The notes under the pieces are model-generated. The model saw only the letters and a program-made list of their open reading frames with translations, was not told the origin of the DNA and did not search any database. A stretch of 64,000 nt of DNA from an uncultured Terrimonas sp. (GTDB taxonomy: Bacteria > Bacteroidota > Bacteroidia > Chitinophagales > Chitinophagaceae), in the NCBI GenBank assembly GCA_964461595.1, contig CAYWVB010000023.1, positions 3,340 to 67,339 of the forward strand, given 5' to 3'. A program made the position numbers and the translations under genes. This document shows, one piece after another, positions 9,169 to 19,522 of this stretch; the stretch's first letter is position 1; every line of letters starts with the position of its first letter.

Positions 9169-10377
9169 ATGACCAATGAAGAAGCAAAAGCATTATTAGC
9201 GCGGTATAACGCCGGATTATGCTCTGAAGAAGAAAAAAAAGTCATAGAAGCATGGTATACAATGCTTGAGAAAGACAGTGATTGGAAATGGACGGAAGAG
9301 GAAAAGCAAATATTTTCCAGTTCGTTGCGCAGGCGTGTGCTTGGAAACATTGAACAGCAAAGAAGTAAAACAGTTTCTTTCAAAAAGAGAAAAGTGATAT
9401 GGGCTGTGGCTGCGTCTGTTGCCGCTGCCATTATAGTTTCTACGGTAATATATACCCTGTTATCAAATTCAGGCGCCCATCACAGCATTGCAGATACTTC
9501 AACTGCGACTACAATAGCACAGGTTAGAGATGTGTTACCCGGAAAGACAGGTGCTATTCTTACTTTAAACAATGGAGAGCAGATCTTACTTGACAGTGTA
9601 AAAAGCGGACAGTTGGCAGTTCAGGGCGCCGCAACCCTCTCAAGTAAAAAGGGCACACTTGAATATGCCGCCGCCGCAGAAGACGGGGCTGCTGCTGCCG
9701 TCTTCAATACTGTAAGCACGCCTAAAGGACGGGAATATGCGCTTGTATTATCAGACGGGACAAAAGTGTGGTTAAACTCGGCATCATCCGTTCGTTATCC
9801 CGTTATGTTCTCAGCAAGAGAGAGAGTAATAGAAATGTCGGGAGAGGCATATTTTGAAGTTGCGGCACATCGCAATAAAACCGGAGAAAAAATTCCGTTT
9901 ACCGTTCGAGTAAAACATGATGGCGGAAGTATTGAGGAAGTTCATGTACTGGGCACCCACTTTAATATCAATGCTTATGATGATGAACCCATATCTTCCA
10001 TTACTTTACTGGAAGGCTCGGTAGCGGTAACAAAACCGGGATCAAAATCTGTCACAATCGTTCCGGGGCAGCAAGCCCTGGTAGGAGAAAATATAAGTGT
10101 AAATAAAGATGCAGATATAGAAGCAGTGATGGCATGGAAAAACGGGAAGTTCCTTTTCAGAAAGGCCAATATACAAACTGTTATGCGGCAGGCGGCAAGA
10201 TGGTATGATATAGAAGTGAGCTATCCCGGTAAGATCCCGGCAGATATTTTAAGCGGAGGGCTGTCGAAAAATGTTAAACTGTCTGAGTTCCTGAAAATTC
10301 TTGAATACAGTGAAATCAATGCAGTAATACATGATAAAAGAGTAGACATAAAGCCCGCTGAACCGGGTACACAATGA
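9169..10377 (+). CDS. FecR-family anti-sigma factor
   Basis: 402 aa with a TM segment (VIWAVAASVAAAIIVSTVIYTLL). The FecR block is LSDGTKVWLNSASSVRYP...GEAYFEVA...VHVLGTHFNINAY. Confidence 0.9.
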   Translation: MTNEEAKALLARYNAGLCSEEEKKVIEAWYTMLEKDSDWKWTEEEKQIFSSSLRRRVLGNIEQQRSKTVSFKKRKVIWAVAASVAAAIIVSTVIYTLLSNSGAHHSIADTSTATTIAQVRDVLPGKTGAILTLNNGEQILLDSVKSGQLAVQGAATLSSKKGTLEYAAAAEDGAAAAVFNTVSTPKGREYALVLSDGTKVWLNSASSVRYPVMFSARERVIEMSGEAYFEVAAHRNKTGEKIPFTVRVKHDGGSIEEVHVLGTHFNINAYDDEPISSITLLEGSVAVTKPGSKSVTIVPGQQALVGENISVNKDADIEAVMAWKNGKFLFRKANIQTVMRQAARWYDIEVSYPGKIPADILSGGLSKNVKLSEFLKILEYSEINAVIHDKRVDIKPAEPGTQ

Positions 10378-10618
10378 ATGTAACCTTTTTGTTGACACAA
10401 AAAAAGCCGGCAGTGCTTACGACACTACCGGCCTGAAAGTTTGGGTCAACAATGATAACAAAGTCAGGTAAGACTAATTATTTATTCACCCAAAACAAAC
10501 CAAAAGTATGCAAATTTATGCGCACTTTGAACGGGTATTTTTTGCTATGCCCGGAACAAAAGCCAAAACACAAAAAACGTTTTATTTCAACAGGTTACGA
10601 AATGAACGGTTAAAAAAA

Positions 10619-13600
10619 ATGCTGTTTATTATGAAGCTTACTGCCATCATGTTATTGACAGTCTGTCTGCAGGTAAGCGCAAGGAGTTTCAGCCAGCAGA
10701 TCACCCTGAATGTAACGAATACTTCTCTGGAGAAAGTACTGGATGAAATTGGAAAACAAAGCGGCTACCAGTTCTTTTTTAATGAAAAACTCCTCAAAAG
10801 AACGGAAAAAGTGTCGCTTTCACTGGCAAATACTTCTTTACAACAAGCCCTTGAACTTTGTTTCAAAAATCAACCTGTTACCTATGCTATTTTCGATAAG
10901 ACTATTGTGATAAGAAAGAAAGGGGCAGGCAAACAGGGTTCAGAAGAAATACTTCCTCCCATAGAGGTAAAAGGAACTGTTACCGGAGAAAATGGTAAGC
11001 CATTGGATGGCGCCTCAATAAAATTAAGAGGAACTGACAAAGGAACCGTTACTGATTCCAGGGGGAATTTTGTATTACAAATACCAGATGCCGGCGGAGT
11101 ACTGGTAATTTCCTACATCGGGTACGAAACGGCGGAGGTGCGGGTGCCGAAATCCGGATCCGTGCAAATCAATTTAAAGCTGTCTGATTTAAAAACAGAA
11201 GAAATTGTAGTGGTAGGATATGGCACACAAAAACGAAAAGAAGTGTCGGGAGCTGTTGCTTCTGTAAAAGTAAATGAGTTGAGCGCCAACGCTACCAACA
11301 ACCTGAGCTCCGCACTGCAGGGCCGTATTGCGGGAGTATCAGTAGAATCGAACGGAGGAGCTCCGGGATCAGGACTATCCATTACCATAAGGGGATCAAG
11401 CACTTTAGGCAACAATAACCCCCTGGTAGTAATAGATGGTATTCCCTTTGGAAGCCTTGACGGGCTCAACCCCTCAGATATCCAGAGCATTGACATTCTT
11501 AAAGATGCATCAGCGGCAAATATATATGGGGCCAGAGCCGCAGGAGGAGTGATTATGGTTACCACTAAAACCGGACGGAAAAATACATCTCCCAAAATTC
11601 AGTTCAATGCTGTTTACGGGCAAAACAGTATTCCAAAAAGAATACCGGTAATGAACAGCGACCAGATCACTAAGATTTTTAATGATAATGGTGGCGCTTA
11701 CCCTGCAGGCAATGGTGTAAACACCAACTGGCAGGATGAGATATTTCGCAGCGCGCCCAATTTTAAGGCAAATGTTGATTTGACCGGCGGGTCTGAAAAT
11801 TTCCTGTACAGCCTGTCCGGAAGCTATTTGAAACAGCAGGGCGCCGTTATTCATTCAGATTACTCCAATGCCAATTTCAGGATAAAATCCGTGTATGAAA
11901 AAGGCAGGGTAAAAGTAGGCGAAACATTTATTTACAATAAAACAGGTGGCAGAGACTATACAGGCGGCAGTGCAGACCAGACGCATAGCACTATCATCAC
12001 ATCTTTGGTAGCCTCTCCTACCGTACCGGTTTACGACCCTGCAAATCCCTTAGGCGGATGGGGAATGCGCCCTGCGGCATTAAAAAACCTTACCAATATT
12101 GTCGCCTTCCTGGATGCTACCCAAAATAATAGCAACAACGCGAGTATTATTTTGGATGCGTTCGCCGAAGTGAGGCTGATTGACCAGTTGAAGTATAGGT
12201 TAAATGTTGGCTACACTACTTACCGCGGCTATCAAAATAACTACCAGGCTCCCTACGCAGATGGGAGTACAACCATTAAGAACCCACTGACAAATATGGG
12301 CTCTTCCATGAGCAATCAATGGCTGGTTGAAAATATACTTAGCTATGAGAAAACTATTGGCGTACACCATTTTTCAGCAATGGCAGGCTACTCCGCGCAA
12401 CGGGATAGCTCAAATGGCTTTGGTGTTACTGCATATTATCCTGCCTTAGGTCTGTACGGCGTATCCGCAGCCACTTCATGGGATAAGCCTAATGGTTCAA
12501 CCAGCTCCAGTTCCAGAACATCGCAGTTTGGAAGGGTGACGTATTCCTATGATGGCCGTTATTCCCTCTATGCCTCGCTGCGCCAGGATGCTTCATCCAT
12601 ATTTGATCCTGCGTATAATAGAGGAACATTTTATGGCGTTTCTGCCGCGTGGGATGTGAGCAATGAAGCATTTTTCAAACAATCATCCCTGGCAAACACC
12701 ATTGATTACCTTAAAATCCGTGGTGGTATAGGCACACTTGGGAATGACCGCATTTCATTATATACTACCCAGGCGCTGCTAAGAACCAACTTAAGCTTTG
12801 TTACAGATGGCGGAGTGGTAATCGGCACCATACCAAGCGGAGCCCAATCGCCCAGAAATCTTACCTGGGAAAAATCAAATACAATCAATATTGGATTTGA
12901 CGCCAACCTGTTGGATAACCGGCTTAATATTGTTTTCGACTGGTTTAAAAAACAGTCTAAAGGCGTATTATTAAATGTTCCTATTCCTTTAAGTACAGGT
13001 ATCAATGGCGCACCTGCTGTAAACGCCGGAAATATTGATAACAGCGGTATTGAATTAAGTGTAAATTATGGCAACAGGAAAAAAGACTGGTCGTATAGCA
13101 TAGGCTGGAATATGGCGGCAATGAAAAATAAAATGGTAGCGGTAACCATTGGTAGCGGCAACCAGCAGTTTGGAGATTTGCAAAGAGGTATTGTAGGATA
13201 TCCACTGGGTGGTTTTTTCCTGATCAAAAACCTGGGCACATTCAAAACACAACAGGAAGTTGATTCATATACCGATCACTCCGGCAATAAAATACAACCA
13301 AATGCCGAACCCGGAGATCTTAAGTTTGAGGACTATAACAATGATGGTATAATTGACAACAACGATCAGCAATATGTGGGCTCACCTATTCCCACTTTTG
13401 AAACAGGGCTTAGCGGTAATGCATCCTGGAAAAACTTTGATATCAACATATTGTTGCAGGGCGTATTTGGTAGTAAAATATATAACGGGCCACGTTACTG
13501 GATGGAAAAAATGACCGAATACACTAACTTTTCGAGCGATGCTTTAAATGCATGGTCTCCCGCCAACAGCAGTTCAAATTTTCCGCGCTTTATTTTGGCA

Positions 13601-13894
13601 GATCCTAACCTGAATGCAAGGCAAAACAGCGACAGGTGGCTTGAAAACGGTTCTTACGTTCGCTTAAAACGTATAGAATTAGGCTATACATTATCGCCTG
13701 CATTTACTAAAGACAGATTAGGCATTGCGAGCGCAAGAATTTATCTGTCTGCAGAAAATTTGTTTATGATCACAAAATACAGTGGCTTTAATCCTGACCT
13801 GGGCAATGGCGGCAATCCGTTGAGCAGGGGTAACGACTGGGGCGGTTATCCCATCCAGAGAGCGGTTATGGCAGGCATCACCCTGTCCTTTTAA
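10619..13894 (+). CDS. SusC/RagA-family TonB-dependent receptor with STN signalling domain
   Basis: The track ORF starts at 10508. ATG 10619 or 10631 (MLFIMKLTAIMLLTVCLQVSA) is the more likely start. The STN block is TLNVTNTSLEKVLDEIGKQSGYQFFFNEKLL. The CarboxypepD_reg block is VKGTVTGENGKPLDGASIKL and the plug block is VVVGYGTQKRKEVSGAV...IRGSSTLGNNNPLVVIDGIP. The protein ends in a C-terminal aromatic residue (ITLSF). Confidence 0.95.
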   Translation: MLFIMKLTAIMLLTVCLQVSARSFSQQITLNVTNTSLEKVLDEIGKQSGYQFFFNEKLLKRTEKVSLSLANTSLQQALELCFKNQPVTYAIFDKTIVIRKKGAGKQGSEEILPPIEVKGTVTGENGKPLDGASIKLRGTDKGTVTDSRGNFVLQIPDAGGVLVISYIGYETAEVRVPKSGSVQINLKLSDLKTEEIVVVGYGTQKRKEVSGAVASVKVNELSANATNNLSSALQGRIAGVSVESNGGAPGSGLSITIRGSSTLGNNNPLVVIDGIPFGSLDGLNPSDIQSIDILKDASAANIYGARAAGGVIMVTTKTGRKNTSPKIQFNAVYGQNSIPKRIPVMNSDQITKIFNDNGGAYPAGNGVNTNWQDEIFRSAPNFKANVDLTGGSENFLYSLSGSYLKQQGAVIHSDYSNANFRIKSVYEKGRVKVGETFIYNKTGGRDYTGGSADQTHSTIITSLVASPTVPVYDPANPLGGWGMRPAALKNLTNIVAFLDATQNNSNNASIILDAFAEVRLIDQLKYRLNVGYTTYRGYQNNYQAPYADGSTTIKNPLTNMGSSMSNQWLVENILSYEKTIGVHHFSAMAGYSAQRDSSNGFGVTAYYPALGLYGVSAATSWDKPNGSTSSSSRTSQFGRVTYSYDGRYSLYASLRQDASSIFDPAYNRGTFYGVSAAWDVSNEAFFKQSSLANTIDYLKIRGGIGTLGNDRISLYTTQALLRTNLSFVTDGGVVIGTIPSGAQSPRNLTWEKSNTINIGFDANLLDNRLNIVFDWFKKQSKGVLLNVPIPLSTGINGAPAVNAGNIDNSGIELSVNYGNRKKDWSYSIGWNMAAMKNKMVAVTIGSGNQQFGDLQRGIVGYPLGGFFLIKNLGTFKTQQEVDSYTDHSGNKIQPNAEPGDLKFEDYNNDGIIDNNDQQYVGSPIPTFETGLSGNASWKNFDINILLQGVFGSKIYNGPRYWMEKMTEYTNFSSDALNAWSPANSSSNFPRFILADPNLNARQNSDRWLENGSYVRLKRIELGYTLSPAFTKDRLGIASARIYLSAENLFMITKYSGFNPDLGNGGNPLSRGNDWGGYPIQRAVMAGITLSF

Positions 13895-13923
13895 TATTTA
13901 ACAACATTAAATTTTTAATAATA

Positions 13924-15558
13924 ATGAACAAGATATTTAAGCTGTCATTTATAACCATTGCGGCAACAGTAGCCGTTATAATGGGTTGTAAAAAAAGCTT
14001 TTTAGAAACCAGCAATCCTAACCAGCTTACGGAAGATAAGTTTTGGAAAACGGAAGCTGATGTAAAATCTGCCATTGCTTCTGTATATAGCCCGATGCGG
14101 CTACCGCTGAGTGGCTATTGGGGCGCTTTCAGGGGCTACCAGGATATCAATGCATTAGGAGATGATGTACTTACCATCCCCGGCGGGGAACCTTCAACAA
14201 TACAGGTAGCCAATTTCATTAATGATGCAAAAAACGGGGATACGCAGGACATATTTGCCAAGCTGTACAGTTGCATTTACCGGGCTAATTTAGTAATTGA
14301 AAATGCCGGTAACGCAAACCTGGATGCAACCTTAACAAAGAGCTATGTGGCGGAAGCGAAGTTTTTGCGCGGGTTAAGTTTTTTCATCCTGGCATCCAAT
14401 TTTGGAGATGTACCGCTTAAAGTTAGCGTGGCTCAGTCTTCGGAGGATGCTTTTCTTCCCGCTTCGCCTGCGGCCGATGTATACCAGCAGGCTATAAAAG
14501 ATTTTTCTGAAGCAGCAGCGGATCTGCCTCTTACAAGACCGGCAGGAGATAAAGGCAGGATTACACAGGGAGCTGCGATCGCCTTCCTCGGTAAAGCTTA
14601 CCTGTACGTTAAAGATTACGGAAATGCTGAAACCACGTTGGCAAAGCTGCTTACCGCACCTTTTGATTACGACCTTGTCAGCAACTACGAGGATAATTTT
14701 ACCGATAACAATGAATTTAACAAAGAATCAATCCTGGAATGGGTATACGGGCCTTATAACAGCCAGTACAGCCCGTGGAATGAAGAAAGCGGCGGTAATG
14801 CCATGTATAATTATCGCCCGCAGCTTACAGGCAGCAATGGAAGTGGCGGATGGTTTAAATACATTCCATCCCAGTTTGCCATAAAAGAATTTAAAAAAGA
14901 GCTCAGACCAAACGGCTCCGATACAAAATTTGATAAGCGGATGTATGCTACCTTCATGTGGAAGTATTCTGATTTTGGCGAAACAGATGCAACCTGGTAT
15001 AATGCAATGACGTTTGACGATTTGTGGACGGCGGCCTGGACCAGCATTGACCGGTTTGAACCGCTGTACAAGAATTTCCCTGAAGGCAAATTCCTGAATA
15101 AAAAATTTACAAACGCATTGCGCTCTGAAAGTGGTGCGGATAACTATTGGGCTGCGGTGCCCTCTACGGCCAATGTAGAGGTGATGCGTTTTGCCGAAGT
15201 GCTTCTGCTGCACGCTGAAGCAGCGCTGCTGAACAATCATCCCGACATCGCATTGCAGAGCATCAACAGGATAAGGCAAAGAGCCGGCTTATCGACCAAA
15301 GTAGCAGGTGATTTCCCGGGTACCGCTGATCTGATGGCGGAGCTGCAGCACCAGAAATTACTTGAGCTGTATTTTGAGCAAAACCGGTGGAACGATCTAA
15401 AAAGATGGTATCCCACTGCTCCGGAGCTGAAAACATATATGTCTGCTAACCTTAAACAGGGCGCTGACAAAATAGAAAGCAAGCATTATATATTCCCTAT
15501 TCCCGCTGCAGAATTGCAAACCAATAACAATCTTACCCAAAACCCATTATGGAAATAG
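13924..15558 (+). CDS. SusD/RagB-family outer-membrane glycan-binding lipoprotein
   Basis: 544 aa with lipobox VIMGC. It lies immediately downstream of SusC. The C-terminal SusD-like block is MRFAEVLLLHAEAAL...RQRAGL...ELYFEQNRWNDLKRW...IFPIPAAELQTNNNLTQNP. Confidence 0.93.
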   Translation: MNKIFKLSFITIAATVAVIMGCKKSFLETSNPNQLTEDKFWKTEADVKSAIASVYSPMRLPLSGYWGAFRGYQDINALGDDVLTIPGGEPSTIQVANFINDAKNGDTQDIFAKLYSCIYRANLVIENAGNANLDATLTKSYVAEAKFLRGLSFFILASNFGDVPLKVSVAQSSEDAFLPASPAADVYQQAIKDFSEAAADLPLTRPAGDKGRITQGAAIAFLGKAYLYVKDYGNAETTLAKLLTAPFDYDLVSNYEDNFTDNNEFNKESILEWVYGPYNSQYSPWNEESGGNAMYNYRPQLTGSNGSGGWFKYIPSQFAIKEFKKELRPNGSDTKFDKRMYATFMWKYSDFGETDATWYNAMTFDDLWTAAWTSIDRFEPLYKNFPEGKFLNKKFTNALRSESGADNYWAAVPSTANVEVMRFAEVLLLHAEAALLNNHPDIALQSINRIRQRAGLSTKVAGDFPGTADLMAELQHQKLLELYFEQNRWNDLKRWYPTAPELKTYMSANLKQGADKIESKHYIFPIPAAELQTNNNLTQNPLWK

Positions 15559-16970
15559 TGAAGCGATATTGCTCAAAGATACTGCAGGCTCAGTCTGCAG
15601 TATCTTTTTTGTTTATGCTGTTTTCAGGGTGCAGTCCCTGCGATGGTATCAAACTGGTATCGGTAAGCGACAAGACGTCATCTAATAATGTATTGATCAA
15701 AAAAATGGATGTCATCTGCAATAAAAAAGCAGATATTTTCATACGATACAGGGAAAAAGGAGATACCACATCAACATATTCCACTTCCGTTTCTCCAGAC
15801 AAAAAAGAACATTTTTTTTCTTTGCTGTATCTTAAGCCTTCCAAAGCTTATGAGTATGAAATTGTATCCGTTCAAAAAGAATGCGGGAGTACTGTAATTG
15901 GTGCAGGAAAGTTTAAGACAAAAGAAGTGCCGCCAGGCATCCAGGAAATGATAATGCCGGCTGAAATACAGCCACCCCTGCCAGATAAATTTTTAAATGG
16001 TTTTGTACTGGTTGCGCGTCGTGACCTGCCGGGACAAATGTATATAATTGATGCAAAGGGGAATATTGTTTGGTATCATACCATTAGGGATGCCGGCTTT
16101 AAAGTAGCTCATTTTACAAAAAAAGGAACCATCTTATCTTTAGCAGCTCCGCTATCCTACCCTACCAGCTATGGCGACGAGATACTGGAAATTTCCCTTG
16201 CAGGAGATACGGTGTTCCATTTAAAAAAAGGAGAAAAAGGGCTGGATAAAACCATTCACCACGATATATTCTACAACTCATCTCAGCAATTGGTAACATT
16301 GACCCTTGAAAAAAAAGTGTTTGACCTCAGCAGTGTGGGCGGTGCAAAAACAGATACCATAACCGGGGATGGGATACTTGTACTGGACAATAAGGGCAAT
16401 AAGGTTTGGAGCTGGTCAGTATTTGATGTAATAAATCCGTTGACTGATCCTCATATTCTAAAAAATAAAGCTGACTGGCTTCATGCCAACAGCCTGAGCA
16501 TAGATACAGACGGCAATTATTTGCTGTCGTTCTATCTTTCAGGGCAGATATGGAAAATTGATGCAAAAACGGGAAAGCTGATCTGGAAGCTGGGACGTGG
16601 CGGCGATTTTACTTTCCCAAAAGCCGGTCAGTTTTCTGAATCTCATGCCGTACATCGGACATCAGACAACCAATTGATACTGTTTGAAAACGGTATCAGC
16701 AAAAAACAATCATCAGTATTGACATATACATTGGATGAAGCCGCCCGCAAAGCCACGTTAGATCTTTCTATTGTATTGCCAATAAACCTTTATAGCGAAA
16801 GAATGGGAAGCGCTTACCGGGTGGGAGATACCAGTATTTTGGTTTGTAGTTCGCAGGCCAATTCCGTGTCATTGCTGGGTAAAACCGGGGAAATACTATG
16901 GCGGATAAGAACCGGGTTTATCCCTTACCGGGCGGAATTTATTGACAGGCTCCCTTTAAGACCTGAATAA
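15549..16970 (+). CDS. Arylsulfotransferase (ASST)-family beta-propeller lipoprotein
   Basis: 473 aa with lipobox LFSGC. ASST-type blocks are KTIHHDIFY, DWLHANSLSIDTDGNYLLSF and SESHAVHRTSDNQLILFENG. Its start overlaps the SusD stop by 10 nt. Confidence 0.7.
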   Translation: MEIVKRYCSKILQAQSAVSFLFMLFSGCSPCDGIKLVSVSDKTSSNNVLIKKMDVICNKKADIFIRYREKGDTTSTYSTSVSPDKKEHFFSLLYLKPSKAYEYEIVSVQKECGSTVIGAGKFKTKEVPPGIQEMIMPAEIQPPLPDKFLNGFVLVARRDLPGQMYIIDAKGNIVWYHTIRDAGFKVAHFTKKGTILSLAAPLSYPTSYGDEILEISLAGDTVFHLKKGEKGLDKTIHHDIFYNSSQQLVTLTLEKKVFDLSSVGGAKTDTITGDGILVLDNKGNKVWSWSVFDVINPLTDPHILKNKADWLHANSLSIDTDGNYLLSFYLSGQIWKIDAKTGKLIWKLGRGGDFTFPKAGQFSESHAVHRTSDNQLILFENGISKKQSSVLTYTLDEAARKATLDLSIVLPINLYSERMGSAYRVGDTSILVCSSQANSVSLLGKTGEILWRIRTGFIPYRAEFIDRLPLRPE

Positions 16971-17007
16971 AAAAGCAGCCTGTATACAAAGCATTCTATA
17001 TATAGCC

Positions 17008-17038
17008 GGAAAAGCTGTCCGTAACAGGGCAGCTTTCC
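17008..17038 (+). terminator. Candidate intrinsic terminator hairpin after the ASST-like gene
   Basis: GGAAAAGCTGTCC-GTAACA-GGGCAGCTTTCC forms a stem of about 12 bp with one bulged A and one G-T pair. CCATTTAT follows it. It lies 38 nt after the stop at 16970. Confidence 0.45.
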
Positions 17039-17116
17039 CATTTATCCGGAGAGAACCAAAATGACAGGATAATACTGTAGCTTAACAGCGCGTATTGATC
17101 ACTTAATTACAGGAAT

Positions 17117-19522
17117 ATGAATAACAGAAAATGGGCAACGGCCCTGGTATTTATTTTATGCAGTCAGTGGATCCATGCTGTGGAGCTTAAAACAGCCTCC
17201 ACTGTTATTGTTATTAACGACAAAGGCTTCTACACTTCTATCAAAGTGGAAGGCCGGGAAATTATCGGCAAGGGAGCTTACCCGTTGATCTCGGCTGTGA
17301 AAGACGGGCAGATCGTGCTTCCCGTGGCATTAAAAGTAAGCGGCAGCAAATTCCTGTTGACGATGCAGGATAACCAGGTTATTGAGCTGTTGGTGCGGCA
17401 GCAGCAGCAAGCCATAACATACGAAGTCAGTAAGATCAGCAGCGTCTATAAAACGATCGTGTTTGGCCCGGTAAAAGTGGAGCCTCATGAAGTAGTAGGC
17501 GAAGTGGTGGGCGTGACCCAGGGCGGGAATATCGCTTTTGCCATGCAGGCGATGAATATAAAGACCAATGGCGGCATTCCGCAGGAATGCGCGCCGGACT
17601 ACGGTACCTTGTTCAATTATGCAGGCGGCAACACGGATCTTTCTGTTTCGAGCACGCCGTATTACAACTTTGCAGTGGCCGATACAAAAGATGGCGCCGT
17701 GTTCCAGTTGTCGGCCAGGAACCGCTCGCAGCAGGAGTACCGGAAGGTGAACCAGGTCGAAAAAGCGCTGGTGCTTCCGGTAAATGGCGCTGAAGGGAAT
17801 ATCGCCGGCGCTAAGATCGCGCTGTTTGGCGACCAACGCAGCCGGATACTAAACCGGATCGGCAGGGTAGAAACCGAGCAGGGACTGCCGCACCCCATCA
17901 TAGAAGGTGAATGGGGCAAAGAATCAAGAGGCGCTATGCGCTCTTACCTGATCACTAATTTTTCGGAAGATGACCTGGATTTTGTTGTAGAGAAAACCCA
18001 ACGTGCAGGATTCAGAACCCTGTATCACCCCGATCCGTTCAAGACCTGGGGGCATTTTGAGTGGGTCCCATCCCTGACTAAAACCGGGGACGATGGCATA
18101 AAAGCCCTTGTGGAAAGGGCTTCAAAAAAAGGAATAAAGATAGGCGTACATACCTTGTCAAATTTTTTAACAACAAACGATGCCTACGTGACGCCGGCAC
18201 CCGGCAAAAACCTCCTTAAGCAGGGTCAGCTAAGCCTTACAGGCAGTATGGATGATACGCAGACCACACTGGAAGTTGCGGCTTCCGGCCTGTTTGATGT
18301 GCCGCTTACATTAAATGCATTGCAGATCGGCAATGAGCTGATCACTTTTGGCAAGTTTGAAAAAAATGGCGACCGGGTTACGCTTACCGGTTGCACAAGG
18401 GGCGCATTCGGCACAAAAAAAGCAGCGCACGAAAAAAGCGAGCCGTTGTATAAATTATGGGATTACCCGTACCGTACCCTCTTCCCCGACATAGCATTGC
18501 AGGACGAATTTTCTCACCGCCTTGCGGAGATATTTAATAAAACCGGGTTGAAGCAAATTTCTTTTGACGGGCTGGAAGGCTGTATGTACACCGGGCAGGA
18601 TTATTATGCCACGGCGCGGTTTGTGACGGAGTATTACAACCGGCTTCAGAATAAAGCAGACCTTATCAATGATGCCAGCCGCCTGGATCATTATCTCTGG
18701 CATATCCATACACGGATGAACTGGGGAGAGCCCTGGGGCGAAGAAATGCGCAAAGGGCAGGTGGCCAGCCGGATAAAGAACCAGGATTATTTCAGGAGGA
18801 ACCTGTTCCCGCGGATGCTGGGATGGTTCCTGGTAAGACTGGCAGAGCGCAAGTTTGAAGCCACTTCCCTCGAAGACCTCGAATGGGCCCTGTCTGAGTC
18901 GGCCGGCTTTGATGCGGGGTATGCGATGAGCATCAGTATGAAAACATTGAAAAACCACGGGCAGATCAACCTGTTGCTGGATGCGATGAAGAACTGGGAT
19001 GAGCTGCGCTATGCCAACGTATTTACAGAGGATCAGAAAAAACGGCTGAAGGATCCGGAAACGGAATGGCACCTCGAAAAAAAGGATGATAAAAATTTCC
19101 TGCTATATCCCCTGTTCATTTCAGAGCGTTTCCGCTGCAATTTGTCGGAGATGCAGCCGGGGCAGCCGGGCGGGTCCGACTGGTCGTGGAAAAGCCCGGA
19201 GGAAGGCAGTTTTGCGCTGCGGATAAAAGTAGAAGGCGAAGGAGCTATTGCCAACCCTTCCTTTACCACGCCGCTGGGAGTGGTAAAGATCGAAGGGACG
19301 CTGCAGGCCAACCAGTACATCCTGCTCGATCACCAGGGAAAAGCTACCCTTACAGATCAAAATTATAATGTGCTGAAGGAACTGAACGTACAGGGGAAAG
19401 CCCTGTTGCCTAAAGGTGCATCAGGAGTATCATTTGCCTGCGAGCTCGCAGGGGATGACCGCCCTGATGTGGTAGTACGGTACCAGACAAGGATGACCCC
19501 CGAAAAGATAAGCAAGCCCTGA
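17117..19522 (+). CDS. Secreted protein of unassigned family (paralogue 1); putative novel PUL glycosidase
   Basis: 801 aa with a signal peptide (ALVFILCSQWIHA). I recognise no family. It is homologous along its full length to ORF 19854-22157; the shared blocks are listed in the findings. Confidence 0.6.
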   Translation: MNNRKWATALVFILCSQWIHAVELKTASTVIVINDKGFYTSIKVEGREIIGKGAYPLISAVKDGQIVLPVALKVSGSKFLLTMQDNQVIELLVRQQQQAITYEVSKISSVYKTIVFGPVKVEPHEVVGEVVGVTQGGNIAFAMQAMNIKTNGGIPQECAPDYGTLFNYAGGNTDLSVSSTPYYNFAVADTKDGAVFQLSARNRSQQEYRKVNQVEKALVLPVNGAEGNIAGAKIALFGDQRSRILNRIGRVETEQGLPHPIIEGEWGKESRGAMRSYLITNFSEDDLDFVVEKTQRAGFRTLYHPDPFKTWGHFEWVPSLTKTGDDGIKALVERASKKGIKIGVHTLSNFLTTNDAYVTPAPGKNLLKQGQLSLTGSMDDTQTTLEVAASGLFDVPLTLNALQIGNELITFGKFEKNGDRVTLTGCTRGAFGTKKAAHEKSEPLYKLWDYPYRTLFPDIALQDEFSHRLAEIFNKTGLKQISFDGLEGCMYTGQDYYATARFVTEYYNRLQNKADLINDASRLDHYLWHIHTRMNWGEPWGEEMRKGQVASRIKNQDYFRRNLFPRMLGWFLVRLAERKFEATSLEDLEWALSESAGFDAGYAMSISMKTLKNHGQINLLLDAMKNWDELRYANVFTEDQKKRLKDPETEWHLEKKDDKNFLLYPLFISERFRCNLSEMQPGQPGGSDWSWKSPEEGSFALRIKVEGEGAIANPSFTTPLGVVKIEGTLQANQYILLDHQGKATLTDQNYNVLKELNVQGKALLPKGASGVSFACELAGDDRPDVVVRYQTRMTPEKISKP

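Noticed and set aside
10407-10432. Imperfect hairpin GCCGGCAGTG...CACTACCGGC between FecR and SusC
   Set aside because: It is only 10 bp with one mismatch and has no T-tract. It is plausibly a weak attenuator, but not distinctive enough to call.
18455-19072. 205-aa minus-strand ORF, and similar antisense ORFs inside 17117-19522
   Set aside because: The plus-strand frame is supported by full-length similarity to the paralogue at 19854-22157. The antisense frames have no such support.
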